Notes under the pieces: generated by a model
Seen by the model: only the letters and a program-made list of their open reading frames with translations
The model's database searches: none
What the model was told of the DNA's origin: nothing
Position numbers and translations under genes: made by a program
Assembly: GCF_009914755.1 (NCBI RefSeq)
Contig: NC_060940.1
Reading direction: 5' to 3' (one strand)
Length of the DNA stretch: 64,000 nt
Source of the DNA: the human T2T-CHM13v2.0 reference genome, Homo sapiens
In this document: positions 23,934-43,074 of the stretch, one piece after another
Layout of the letters: each line of letters begins with the position of its first letter
Numbering within the stretch: the stretch's first letter is position 1

Positions 23934-25139
23934 AAAATTGAGGCAAGATTTTTTTTTTCACAATTGTTGATTGCTTGCTAGTTTTTATTAATAGCTGTTG
24001 TTTTTCCTTTCTTTTTAGACCTCCCTCCAGTGCATGGTGTTGAGTTAATGCTATTACATGTTTGACACACTATTGCTGGTCTCACTGGTCTTGGCCAGGC
24101 TGCTGTCTTGGTTTTATTCATTCATACATTGATCTGTTTTTTAATTCCTGTTGTCCATTCCCCACCCCGCCGTAGCCAACCATGTCAATATGTTTGGTGT
24201 ATTGGTTTAATTTTTCATTTCTGTGCATACATGGGTTTTGTTAATCTAAGGTTTTAGTTGTGTGCATGTGTTTTTAACTTAGGTAAAATGGCACAAATGG
24301 CCTGGTGCTACGGATTCTTTTGTTTCTTTTTTTCTCTCAGCACTGTTTTTGGATCTGTCCGACGTGCACATTTAATCCATTGCTTGTGGCTGCTGCATAG
24401 TATTCATCATGTACATGCTCTGCGGGGACCTTGCCCGTTCCCCTGGGGATCATCTGCTACCCGACATGGTTCTGTGGCCAACATCCTCGTGCTGTATTCT
24501 GATTGACCTGTGTGAGGATTTCGCTAGGAAATATACCCAGAAATAGGGTTGCCGGATCATAGACTAGGGAACTTTCCGGTTCACTTCTGAGGACTCAGAA
24601 AACATGATTATGTCCCTTTTCTCTTGCTATTTTCTCGTAAATGTCAGGAAGGTAGGTTGCTTAAAATACCCTAACTTTCAGCCTGGCTCTAGAATCTTGC
24701 AGTGCTACCACCCGGAGAGCAGAGATAAAGATTGGGATTTTATTCTCTGTGGGTCAGTTTGAGGTTTGCATTTTTTCACTTGGAATGATTGAAACTCGTG
24801 CTGCTCCTTCCGCGTGCATGTGTAAAACGAGCCACAGACTGCTAGTCTGTTCTGCTCTCCTGCTGTCCGTGACCGTTGCTAGACCTCCTGTATGGAGGCA
24901 GTGTGGTGCCATGGAAGGAGGCGATGCAGTAGAGTCAGGCCGGCATAAGTGGCTTCTCTGCATGTGTGTCAGCCCCATCCCTAAGCTGGGGTCATGCCAC
25001 CCGGTGAGGCTCCATATGCCAGCATGTAGCACAGAGCCTACTGGGTGACCCTTCCAACAGCCCCTTGAGAGGAGAGGGCACAGTGCTGCATAAGTTGGTG
25101 TCTAAAGGGTGTGGAGTTGTATTTAAGCCTTTACTATCA

Positions 25140-25620
25140 CATTGTGAATATTTATGGGTGGATTTATTTCGTGTCTGGAATTTTCTTCAAAATAATCTGG
25201 TGCAGGGAGAGTGAGTTGGGATAAAGATCAGATGACCATATAATTTATCATTCAATCCCAGGCAAGTTTGAAACTGAAAGAGGGAGCTATTAATTACACC
25301 AAGACGACACGCTTGAACTGGGGTTGTTGCAGCAAACCAAGACATGGACACCTCAGGGGAAAATCAGATAGGACTGACCCTGATTTGATCATTGTTGAAG
25401 CTGGGTGATGAGTACCTGGGAGCTCACTCTATTCAATTTTTTTGTTTGTCTGAAAATTTCCATAATAAAGTTTTTTTTAGGCCCAGTGCAGTGGCTCATG
25501 CCTATAATCCCAGCTCTTTAGGAGGCCTGGGCAGGAGGATCACTTGAAGCCAGGACTTGGAGGCCAGCCTGGGCAACATAACAAGGCCCTGTCTCTATAA
25601 AAAGTAATAATAATAAAATA
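25140..25620 (+). mobile_element. Old L1 3' end interrupted by a MER94-like hAT element (~25229-25353), followed by a FLAM (25480-25620)
   Basis: tgaccatataatttatc...caaaccaagacatggacacc; L1 end tctgaaaatttccataataaag. Confidence 0.65.
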
Positions 25621-26299
25621 TTGAATAAATGTATTAAGGAAATGTTTGTATCAGAGTGCAGAAGCACCCAAAAGTTCGCACTGTCCAGGAAATGGCTATT
25701 GAGTACTTTGCCAACCCCTGCCTGGGGTCATAAGCCCAGGTCACCATGCTGTCTGCTTTTCCCCCCTATCTCTGGGCACTTCCAGGTGGGGGTGGGTGGG
25801 AGGGAGTAAATGGAGAGGCTCCTCCTACTCTTCATTGTTGGTGGGAGGAATGAGAACCTGGAGGCTGTCCTAGCTGTCTGTGACTTGATTTAGCATAGGG
25901 GGAAAGGGCTGACCTTTTTCCTGCCAGCAGTACTGTCAAGGCCTGCCCAGGTGGCAGCCGAAGTAGCTCCCTTCATGCCCACTGCACACCACAGCATGGT
26001 GGCAGGGGCGCCTGCAGTCTGTGCACATGCACACATGATCGTTCTCTGCACCCCTTATCGGAACTGCGGGTTGGGCAGGAAGCAGCATGACCGCAGTGGG
26101 TTCCTAACCGACATTCTGTCTCACACACGCTTCACTGTCCTACTTAACCCTCGCTGTGGTATGGCAGTTACTGGAACCTTGACTGGTAGAAGGTAGCCTC
26201 TGCTGGGAATGGACTCAGACAGCAGGCTGACTGCCCTTAATTTGTTATCTCTTTCCGGTTGTACAGCTGGGCCTTTTTCACACATTTCCGTGAAGTGTG

Positions 26300-26700
26300 A
26301 TGTTCATTCATCCAACAGATATTTTCAAGAGCCCATCATATGCCAGGCTCTAGGGCTACAGCAGTAAAATAAACAGACTCTGCCTTCAAGGGGCTTATAC
26401 TGTAAGGGGGCCACAGACAGCAGGTGCAGCAAAGGTGGAGGAGGAGGGTCACCTTTCTCACATGGCTGCTGAGTGCTCAGGAATCGATGTTAGGATGCTG
26501 TCATGTGGAGATCATTGGCAACCGTGGAAAGGATGGTTTTAGAGATTGGAGCAGGTTCAAGAGGAACTGGGAGAGGAAGTGAAGATGGCCATTGGAGATG
26601 CTTCATTGGAACTGGGGCAGTTGCTGCAGGTGTAGGTGGGATTGAGAGAGCGTTGTGTGAGGTAGAGAATAGCTTACATATGTGGACTCAGGAGAGAGGA
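26300..26700 (-). mobile_element. L2 3' fragment
   Basis: ttcattcatccaacagatatttt...tatgccaggc...ctgccttcaaggggcttatac. Confidence 0.6.
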
Positions 26701-27361
26701 AAAATATGCTTAACAGAACTTGTTCTGAATGGCCCTTTTGTATGCCATAGCAAATATCAAACAACCCTGATCATGAGATATAGAGCCCTGGAGGGCCTGA
26801 TTCAGTTTTCTTCTTCCTTCAGAGTCCCATCTTCTCCATACTAAAAGTAAATCACAAATATTTGGATTGTTATTGACATATCTATTATATGTTTTAATCT
26901 TCTATCTATAATCTTTCTCTTGTTATATAAATGGTTCTGAACTTTTGGGTTCTAAGCCCAAACACTTTTGACATCTAACTCTATGAATCTCCCTTAGAAT
27001 GTGGCATCTTATTTCAGGAGGCTGATGGATCCGCTGATGTCCATCCCCATAGGTTTCAGGTCAAGAGCCTGTGTGTGGGACACATTCGCTAGACAGCCAC
27101 TTCGGGATGTGAAAGAAATGAGAGCTCTGTGGCCTCCTCTTTTCTTCTCTTCCCTAATGGGTCATCCCTTCACTGAGGGGAGAAATTATATTTGTTTTGC
27201 CATTTTCCTTACAACTTAATAACTAGAATACATATGAATGGATAGACAGACTGACTGACTTGATTGCTTATCCTATTTAAGTGTGGCACATTCAGTCCAT
27301 AGCACATGGCATCCTCTCTTGGGGCACAGTTTTCAATGGTTTCCCAAGAGAGGATGCCATG

Positions 27362-27740
27362 TGCTACGGACTGAATGTGTTTTATCCCCCTCCTCCCCCA
27401 AAATTCATGTGTTGAAGCCTAATCCCTAATGTGATGGTATTTGAAGGAGGACTTTTGGGAGATAAGTGAGTTTAGAAGAGGTCGTGAGTGTGGTGCCTTT
27501 ATGATGGAATTATTAGTGCCCCCAGAAGAAGAAGAGACACCAGCGCTTTCTCTCCAGCATGTGAGACACAGCAAGATGGTGGACCTTTGCAAATCAGGGA
27601 GAGGCCCTCACCACACATCAGACCTGGCAGCACCTTGATCTTGGGCTTCTCAACCTCCAGAGCCATGAGAGATAAATGTTTATTGTTTAAGCCGTCCAGT
27701 CTGCAGTATTTTGTTACAGCAGCTCAAACTGACTAAGATA
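27362..27740 (+). mobile_element. MLT1A-type MaLR solo LTR
   Basis: tgctacggactgaatgt...aaaattcatgtgttgaagcc...gttacagcagctcaaactgactaagata. Confidence 0.8.
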
Positions 27741-27803
27741 TCCTGCTTCATAATTTTCAGCAGAGCCAGGGAACCCCAGCTACTCTCCTTTAAGAGTTGA
27801 TCC

Positions 27804-28254
<451 letters not shown>

Positions 28255-28289
28255 TTAGAAGAACAGCCATTTCTCTTAGAAGGTTTTAC

Positions 28290-28751
28290 ATTCATTTCCT
28301 GTTGTTGCTGTAGCAAATATCCACAAATTTGACAACACAAATGTATTTTCTTGCATTTTTGGAGATGAGAAATCTGCATTGGTCTCGCTGGGCTGAAATC
28401 AAGGTGTCTGCAGTGCTGTGCTGCTTCTGGAGGCTCTAGGGGAGAATCCATTTCCTTGTCTTTCCCAGCTCCTGGAGGCCACGCTTTCCTTGGCTCATGG
28501 TCCCTTCCTCTAACTTCAAAGCTAATGGCAAAGCATCTTCAAATCTCTGTCTGTCTGCTTCCATAGTCATGTCTTCTTCTCTGCCTCTCTCTTTCCATAA
28601 TAAAGATGCTGTGATTACATCGGACCCACCTGAATAAGGTTCTGTATTCATCACATCTGCCAAGTGCTTTTCGCCATGTAAGGTAAACATTCACAGGTTC
28701 TGGGGATTCGGAGGTGGACATGTTTGGGGAGCCATTATTCTGCCTACCACA
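28290..28751 (-). mobile_element. MLT1C/D-type MaLR solo LTR
   Basis: ggctgaaatcaaggtgtc...ggaggctctaggggagaatc...attctgcctaccaca. Confidence 0.8.
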
Positions 28752-28789
28752 CCTTTATACAACTGGTTGCACACATGTTCCCATGTAAT

Positions 28790-29332
<543 letters not shown>

Positions 29333-29892
29333 TGATGCCAATATTCTGGGAAGTTGAAGTGCTGACTTGAGAGAATGTTACAATCAATGTAAAGTTAGTC
29401 TTCAAGGTGAAAAGTCAAAATGAAGAAGGAATTGCCCATTTATGTGGTCCTCTTCTTTCATAAACATTTGTTTGTGAGGACCAATACAGATATTGCTTCC
29501 TGGCTTAACATTTCTGTCCACTGACATATACTTGGTTTTAATGTTATGTCATATCACACATCTTTTGCTTGCTAGCCAGATTTCTTGTTATCCTTAGGAG
29601 ATCCTTAACTTTCTTAACCTTGGAACTGTTATTATGAATCAAGATTTACAAGGTATGTCCATGTTCCTGCTACCATGTTGGAGCCTCCTCCATGCCTTAC
29701 TCCCAACCTTCTCCTTCTCCCATTCTTATCTACCCGGTTCAAGTAACCTGAACCAGAGGCAAAGAAAAGCAATATGGTAGCATACTTTACATGCCTTGAG
29801 TAGAAGTCATTCACTATTTTAGGGAGCTTAGAATTCATGGTCCTTCTCGTTCGTGCTTTCTGTCTGGAGAGTCTCTAGAAAACTGCTTTTGG

Positions 29893-32022
<2,130 letters not shown>

Positions 32023-32743
32023 CTACTTGGACAGTGTTCCTCCTGAAGGTGGAGGAAGTGACACTTTCTTCTGCTTTATAGACAGCCCACAAATCCCTTG
32101 GGAGTGGTAACTGCCTGTTTTACCTAGAGAGCAGTTTTTATTGTTGCCTTTGTTTTTGTTTCTTGAGGGAAGGTGGTCCTTGGCTCCAGTTGTTGCTGAT
32201 TTTATGAGGAACAGGCAGGGGAATTCAAGCCACTCTAAGGAGTGTTCTCTGGCATTGCCCAAACGCTAGAAGTCCACACCAGCAGCAGCAGTGGGTTTTG
32301 GGTCCAAGGGATGTAGGTGTGCAGTGTGTCGGCGGTGGAAACAGAGGTGGAGCAGCCATGTATGTGCAAGGAGAGCGTGATGTTCAGTCGAATGACTGGG
32401 CATTTCCTGGCCAGACCTGTCTATCCTACTGCCTAGCTTGTAGGTAATCCCTAGTGTCTAAGAACTAGAAGAAATTCTTGGGCTACTGCACCAAGAGGGA
32501 GAGGATCTCCTTTTTCAACAGATGGTCCATCCTTTAAATAAGACATCTCCAAAATACAAGCCAAGTGTTTCCCTGGAGACTTTACATCCACACTTTCTGA
32601 GTCATAATTAAATGCCCCTAAACTTACCCAAGCATGGTAGCCAGGTGACAAGGAGTTATAAATCAATATTCATCTTTCTTAGACAGTAGTTGGGGACTTG
32701 ATTCACACTTCACACTCATGCTGATGTTTTCAGCTGCTGCTGC

Positions 32744-33547
32744 TTTTTTTTGGTAGAGATGGGGGTCTCACTATGTTGCCCAGGCTGGCGGTCTTGAACT
32801 CCTGACTTAAAGCAATCCTCCTGCCTCAGCCTCCCAAAGTGTTGGAATTACAAGTGTGAGCCACTGTACCTGGTCAGTTTTCAGCTTCTTGTATCTGCTC
32901 GGACTCAGGTCATTGGACCATCATGTCCCGGTCCCTGCTTCCCCGTCATTTCCTTCCTAAGCAGCCCTTTGAGGGCCTCTCTTTGGAAGAAATGGTCTAG
33001 AGGGTCAAAGGGAAGAGGACCAATGAATGGCCATAGCTCCTGTTCCTGGTAGATGCTTTCCCCATTCTTCATGTGGCTGGAATACTGTTGCTGAGGATCC
33101 ACCTGGCAGGCTGCAGGCTGGACTTACTGTACAGCAGGGTGGGTTTGATGTCTTCACGCTCACCTCCATGCACACAGTGTGCAGTCCTTCCTTTTGTTCC
33201 TAGCTGTAGATAGATGTCTTCACTTAGGCTCTTCTGGTTTGCAGTAAGTAGACAGGAATATGTTTGAGACGGGGTCTTGCTCTGTCACCCAGGTTGGAGT
33301 ACAATGGCCCAATCAAGGCTGACTGCTGCCTCAACTTACTGGGCTCCAGCCATCCTCCTGCCTCAGCCTCCCAAGTAGCTGGGACCACAGGCATGTGCAA
33401 CCATGCCTGGCTAATTTTTATATTTTTGGTAGAGACAGGGTTTCACCATGTTGCCCACGCTGGTCTTGAATACCTGAGATCAAGTGATCTACCTGCCTTG
33501 GCCTCCTAAAGTGCTGGGATTAGAGGCATGAGCCACTGCACCCGGCC
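32744..33547 (-). mobile_element. FLAM (~32744-32875) and AluJ (~33262-33547)
   Basis: Alu motifs; caggaata flanks the second element. Confidence 0.85.
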
Positions 33548-33623
33548 AGGAATAAATTGATTGGGTCTATTATTGGAATTCAGTCTGTATGATTTTTCAG
33601 ATATTCATATATGTATTTTTCAT

Positions 33624-33821
33624 ATGTTCATTGATTCTAAGGCACAGACACTTCACCATGTAACAACTTTAAAATCGAGATGTGCTATATAATCACATCT
33701 TAAAATTATAAATATCTGTGGAATACCATATTGAAAAAAATTGTTGGCAGCTTTTCTTCCCTTTCTTGAGGTTTATAATGATGCCTCTTACAATTGATGG
33801 CATCTTGGAGTCACAAAATAC
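33624..33821. mobile_element. MER104-like Tc2 DNA transposon MITE
   Basis: ttcattgattctaagg ... cttacaattgatggcatcttggagtcacaaaata, with imperfect inverted ends. Confidence 0.55.
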
Positions 33822-34449
33822 ATTATGTAAGTTCAACTCATTTTTCACTTTTTTTGCCTGAAGAATTTGTGAATTTCCTCGAATGGACAGATTTACCAGC
33901 AAGCTTCAGTATATTTGGGCAGTACTGGATGCAGCCGATAAAATGGTTTACTCTGCACAGAGCAGTCACACATCCATCCTTGGTTGGACTTTAAAACAAT
34001 TCTGGAATAGGAAGGGCACTACTTGAATATTACTAAGTAGCTGGTACAAGGCCATCTGGCTAGTGATTGGGAAAGCGTGTTTTCCTCTGATGCCTAGTCT
34101 GATTCTCTTTCTTCCATACCAGTCAGTGTGGAATTCAGAAACCTCAGAGATATGTTGGAGTGGAATCTACCATGCTTAGAGTAGAAAATGAAGATCACTA
34201 CTAAGAGGATCTTTATAGTTGGTAAAAATTGAGAATCCTAATACCCAACAGAAGAAAGTGGCTAGGCACAGTATTATTAGATTATCATATGGAATACAAA
34301 CATTGAAAATGACAAGTGCCTAGATTGCAGTTGATACAAGGAAGCCTATATTTGTAAAGAGCAGAATATAAATATCCTAACTCCTTGACTTCCAATGCCA
34401 ACCATTTACCTCCTTGAGCCAAGCATGGGGGAGGCAGTTGAGGCCTAGG

Positions 34450-35360
34450 CAGAGTTAGAAAGGCTGCACTCCAGAGAAAATGCACAGAGAAGTTATGGAG
34501 AAAGAGATAAGGACCTGGAAGATAGAACCAAGAGATTTGACATACAAGCAGCAGGAGTACTAGAAAGAGAAAGGGTAGAGGAAGGGTGCCTGAGGCAGGA
34601 CTGGCCAGGACTAGCTTATACTGTCATAATACACAGTTCCAGAAGCTTGCTGGCTCAGCTCGGCACATTGATTTCTTCCCCATGCTGCTGCATACAGTGC
34701 AGGTCAAGAGGTGGGACTCTGCTCACCATTGTTACTCAGGGACCTAAGCCAGCAGAGGCTTTGTCGCAACACCTGCTCCCTGGTCACTGCAGCAGTCAGG
34801 TAGAATGGCAGGTCATGCCCTGGCCCTTAAAGTCCGCTTGGGTGTGTGCACGTTCTTCCGTTCACATTTCATTGGCCAAAGCAAATCACAAACCCACCCT
34901 TAACTTCGAAGAGAGCAGGCACATGCAGTCATTATATATGGATGGAAGGAGGAAGGCTAGAAATATTTGGTGAACAGCATTGATGACTTACCACCAGGGG
35001 AAGTAATGAAACATATAGAAGAAAATTTCTCTAAAGAAGGAAGACTTGAGGCTGCATATTGAAAGGTAAAACTGATAAGAGAAGACACTAAGCATGTCCT
35101 GGTAACGTTTCTGAACTCTTAGGATGAAGAGAAAAATCTTCAAGCTTTCAGAAGCCAAAGGAACAAATTATTAAGGAAAAGAGTCACACTGGCACCAGAT
35201 TTCCTATTTACAACACCAAGAAGCTAGAAGATGGTGGAATTTCATCTACAGACCACGGGGATAAAAGGAATGCAGCTCAAGCATCCTGTACCCAGGCAAG
35301 CTATCCATTCAGCTGTCAGAATGAAAGAAAGGTATTTGAGCATATACAAGGATTGAGAGT
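34450..35360 (+). mobile_element. Decayed L1-ORF1/HAL1-type relic interrupted by an MLT1 LTR fragment (~34600-34995)
   Basis: ORF1-like remnants (ctggaagatagaacc, gaagaaaatttc, gaagctagaagatggtgga, tacccaggcaagctatc); MLT1 motif cacatttcattggccaaagcaaatcac. Confidence 0.55.
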
Positions 35361-35559
35361 GTGCCCCCAGCTGTCACCCGCTGCCCTTGTCCTCACGGTG
35401 CCTAGATGCTCTGCCCTCACTGTTCTTCTAATACATCAAGGGCTCTGCTCACCTGTCACCTCCTCAGAGGCTGTCCCTGACCGCTGTATCCAAATTAGCA
35501 CACCCACCCACTCTACTTGGCTTTTTCTTCACAACACAGCTCACTGCTTGACACTTTGT

Positions 35560-36435
35560 TCAATGTTTATTAAAATTTCAAACGTTTGGAAAAGTTGGAA
35601 GAAGTTTAACTTATGCATCTTTGTTTCTGTTCATTTCATTTTAATGCAGACATCAGTGTACTTCCTTGACACAGATCATTAACTACAGTTAGTTAACTGC
35701 AATTCCATATTTGTTTACAGGTTTTTTTTCTGGTTGAGGTAAAATTTGCAGACAATGAAATCTCAAATCTTAAGTGTATATTTGGTGGATTTTGACAAAC
35801 ACATACGCGTGTGTAACCCAAACCCTCCTCATGATATAGAACATTTTTGTCATCCCAGAAGGTTCTCTCATTACCTTCTCAGTGAATCTCTGCCCCCACC
35901 CTAACCCCTGGAGACAACCACTGTTCTGATTTCTTCCACAGTAGATTAATTTTGCCTTTTCTAGAATTTCATATAATTAGAATCATGTGTGCACTTTTGT
36001 GTCCTTCACTTGGCGTGTTTTAATTCATCCATGTTGTTGCATGTATCAGTAATTCATTGCTTTTTATAGCTGAGTAGTGTTTCATTTTATTCCACGGATG
36101 TACCACAGTTTCTATATCCATTCTGTTGACCAACATTTGGATTGTTACCAGTTTTTGCTTGTTAGGAATAAAGCTGTGATGAACATTCTTGTAAATGACT
36201 ATTTGTAGGTATATGTTGACATTTCTTTTGGGTAAATACATAGATGAGAATTTGCTTGGGTCACAGGCTAGGTGTATGTTTGTTTTATAAGAAACTACCA
36301 GACCTTTCCCCAAAGTGGCTGTGTCATTTTATATTCCCTCAAACATATGTGAGAGTTCCGGTTGCTACACATCTTCACCGACATTACCAACATCTGGTGT
36401 TGCTAGTCCTTTAAAGTTTTTGTTTGGTATTTTAA
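35560..36435 (-). mobile_element. Old L1M 3' region
   Basis: ttcatccatgttgttgcatgtatc, catttggattgttaccagttttt, ttccccaaagtggctgt. Confidence 0.8.
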
Positions 36436-36443
36436 TAGACAGA

Positions 36444-36480
36444 TTTATTGGTCAGTGTTTTCTAGAGAAACAGATCCGAC

Positions 36481-36519
<39 letters not shown>

Positions 36520-36965
36520 GTGTGTGTGTGTGTGTGTGTGTAGAGATTTATTATAAGAAACTGGCTTACATGATTATGGAAGCTGAGAAATCCCATGATC
36601 TACCATCTGCAAGCTGGAGACCTGGGAAAACTCGTGGAGTATGTAGTTCCAGTTCGAGTTTGAAGGCCTGAGAACCAGGAGAGCTTATGGTGTAAGTCCT
36701 AGTTCAAGGGCAAGAGAAGACCAGTGTCCCAGCTCAAGCAGTTAGGCAGACAGAGAGTGAAATTTCTCCTCTTTGCCTTTTGATTCTATTCAGGTCCTCA
36801 GTGGATTGGATGAGGCCTGCTCACCTTGGGGAGGGCGGTCCGCTTCACTCAGTCTATGGTTTCAAATGCTGATCTCATCTGGAACCACCCTCACAGTCAC
36901 ACCAAAAATAATGTTGAGCCAAATAATCTGGGCACCCCATGGCCCAGTCAAATTGACCCATCACA
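36444..36965 (-). mobile_element. MLT2B-type (ERVL) solo LTR
   Basis: MLT2 motifs (catgattatggaagctgagaaatccc, ctgcaagctggagacc, ggcccagtcaaattgac, ccatcaca); 5-bp TSD ACAGA at 36439 and 36966. Confidence 0.85.
36481..36541 (+). repeat. Compound (GA)n(GT)n microsatellite inside the MLT2 LTR
   Basis: About 15 GA units followed by about 11 GT units. Confidence 0.95.
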
Positions 36966-39309
36966 ACAGATATGTTAACACACACACAGATACATTAAAC
37001 TTTGTCAGTATGGCTGTCTTCTGATGTCTGCTTATGAGAAATTTCTGGGGAAACAGGTGAGCCTCCAGGCCCCAGAACAGAACTGCAGAGGTTGAGTCCA
37101 GAAGAGAGGTTTTCGAAGAGGCAAAAGCCAGAATTCCTGGGCCTTTCCCAGTCAAGGATGTTCTCTAGGAGAGACTGACTCACACCTCAGCAACTGATAA
37201 ATTGTGCCAATGTTTTCACTTATTTCTGTGTTGACAGAGAGGGAGTCTGTGTCTTTGAGGGTGAAGAATGTGATACCTACAGCTTAGAAATGTGAAAGAA
37301 AATCATCAGTGTTACCCCTTGATCTTTTATTCATAATAAATCCCATTTATGAAAATTAGTTTATTCAAGTCCCATTTTATTGACACTAAGCACCATGAGG
37401 ATGTGACGGAAAGATTGAGGCTGGAAACTAAGAACTGAATGCTAAGGGCAAAGTCAAGGGGCACGCGCTCTCTGAGCTCCTCAGCCAAGAGTTACCCTCA
37501 TCTACCCCTCTGCCCCAGGACCTCCCATCTGTGTGGCGTGGCTTTCTTTACCCTGGTTGCTTCCTTTGATTCTTCTACCTTTAGGTGATCCCAGAGACAG
37601 GCAGAACTGGGGCAGCCTTTAAAATAGCGCATCAGCATGGGGAGGGGGGCAGAAGGGAGGGCTGGGGAGGGAAACTGGAGCAACACGCCGCCAGCACATG
37701 GTCCTGTCCTGAGAAATCAGGTCTTAAAGGAAAAGGTTGCAGCTTCGGAAAATGAGAAGTGCATTGGTCTCCAGAGCATAAAAACTCGAGTTGATATTGC
37801 ATGATAAATGTTGTAGTGGATTGGGAGAGTTCTTGTAGCTTGAACCAGTTGCCCCCATCCTTCCTCGGCTGCTCTGTCAAATGGTAGGGCCTGGGTGAAG
37901 GGATGCCCAGTTACCCTGGTCCAGGAACATTGATGCACATGACCACATCAGCATTCCTGGGATCACTGTTGGTTCCCCTAACAGTGGGCTTACCCTGATG
38001 TTGTGAGTGTCCCTTTGACCTGACAGTAAGAGGTCACAGATGGCAAGTGCAGACTTGCCTTCTCTCAAGAGCTCTGCTCTCTGGTACAGCCAACCAAATG
38101 GCAAAGGATTTCCCACTTAAGGCACTTGTTGAAAGACAGGAAGCAGCTGGACTCTGGCTGATCCAACTCTCTGCTCAGCTCTTCTGGCTGTGTAAACAGT
38201 GAGCTGATCTGATGACAAGAGAAAGAAAGGAAACCAGGTCTCCATTAGAAGGACTCTCTTGGCTTCTCTTGATTGGAAGTGGAGGGATCCTGTAGGCGCA
38301 TTTGCTTGGCAGAACCCACCCAGAGCAGAATTGGGTGATTAAGGACACATTCCCCACAATGCTCTGTCATTCGTTCCTTCCTCATCTGAACATACTGGCA
38401 GAAAAGGACAAGGAACCCGGGGTACGTTCCCTGCCTCTGCCTCTGTCTGGTGGGAGGAGATGATTGCCTACGGTGAACCAGTATCAGGCTTGGCCAGCAA
38501 GCCCGAGCAAACTGACATCTCCCTTCACTGACAGTTGCAAACTTTCGGCAGACACAGCCCATGTGCAGGGAGCCGCTGGGGCGCTGGCTGGCTACTCCCC
38601 TGGCCTCCAGGGTGTGCCGCTCAGAGCCTGCTCTCAGAGGCTTAGGGAGTGTCCTGTAGATGTCTCCTGAAGCATCTCTTACCTGCTCTGAGTGCTGATG
38701 AAGGTCTCCGAGGAAGTTTGACAAAATCATGCAGGCCGAATGAGTTTGCAGACCTTTGGTTTACTTTTGTTTTGGAGGGCTGATTTTAATTTGGTGTGAG
38801 CTTTTTTCCAAAATGGAATCAAAATTTCCTGGATGTTTTAACCTTCAGGTAGTTCATAAATATCACAGGATTTATCATTCTGTAGGGCTGTAGTGGACGC
38901 TTATGGGAAAAGATTTGGGCAATAGACTGGGAGAATCCTTCTTGATCATCGGATGACATTTCAGGAAAGAAGCTGGGGATATTAGTCTTTTCTAGCTGTC
39001 CGTGTTTTTTCTGTCCTTCTTACCTTTTACCCTTTATTTTCCATTTAAAAGGTCATCTGCAGATTCAGCATCTTACAACCAGTGCTGTAGGCCCAGTGCC
39101 AAATGGAAAGCAGAACTCCAGATAGTTATAACAGAGTTCCTAGGAAAAAAAAGTGTCCATTGTTTCAGGCTACAAGTTAGCCCGGACTATGGGGCACTTA
39201 AGGAGAAATTGCTGGGACAGTGTAGAAGGTTCATAAATGAGTATTTGGTAATAGCTGGTAGTATTTCTGTTCTTTCTGCCATGTAACTCTTCTGTGCTAG
39301 TCAGTCAGT

Positions 39310-42137
<2,828 letters not shown>

Positions 42138-42167
42138 CTAACACAAGAGTCCAGTCTTTACAACAGT

Positions 42168-43074
42168 ATAGTGAACTCTTGAACTACGTGGGAGACTCTG
42201 ACCCCCACACAGTCAAAAATCTGCATATAACTTTTTTTTTTTTTTTTTTTGAGACAGGGTCTTGCTCTGTCCCCCAGGCTGGAGTGCAGTGGCACAAACA
42301 TGGCTCACTGCAGCTTTGACCTCCTGGGCTCAAGCCATCCTCCCACCTCAGCCTCTCAAGTAGCTAGGACTACAGGCACACACCACCACTCCCAGCTAAT
42401 TTTTTTTTGTAATTTTTGTAGAGACAGGCTTTTGCCATGTTGCCTAGGCTGGTCTCAAACTCCTGAGCTCAAGCAGTCTGCCGGCTTCAGCCTCCCAGAG
42501 TACTGGAATTACAGGCATGCACGACCACACCCAGCCCTGTGGATAACTTTTGACTCCCCCACAACTTAACTACTAATAGCCTACTGTTAACCAGAAGCCT
42601 TACCAATAACATAAACAGTCGATTAAGATGGATTTTGTATGTTATAAATGTATTATATACTGTATTACAATAAGGAGAGAGAAAATAAAATGTTATTAAG
42701 AAAATGATAAGGAAGTGGCCAGGTGCGGTGGCTCACACCTGTAATCCTAGCACTTTGGGAGGCTGAGGGCAGGAGACTGTTTGAGCCCAGGGGTTCAAGA
42801 CCAGCCTAGGCAGCATAGCAAGACCCCATCTCTAATATTAAGAAAAAAATTTTTAATAACATTTAAAAATATGTATAAGGAAGAGAAAATATATTTAGTG
42901 TTCGTTAAGTGGAAGTGGATCGTCATAAAGGTCTTCATCGTGTTCACATTGAGTAGGCTGAAGAGGAGGAGGAGGAGGGGTTGGTCTTGCTGTCTTAGGG
43001 TGGCAGAGGCGATAGAAAATCCACATGGAAGTGGAGCCCCACCATTCGAGCCCATGTTGTTTGAGGGTCAGCTG
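42168..43074. mobile_element. Tigger2-family DNA transposon interrupted by AluJ (- 42232-42535) and FLAM (+ 42717-42850)
   Basis: Decayed terminal inverted repeats (tagtgaactcttgaactac / gttgtttgagggtcagctg); internal cttaactactaatagcctactgtt; TSDs ataactttt and ataaggaag around the Alus. Confidence 0.8.

Noticed and set aside
36802-36813. DUX4-like motif position in the MLT2 LTR
   Set aside because: It reads GGATTGGATGA rather than TGATT..., so the core is degenerate and I cannot claim a site.
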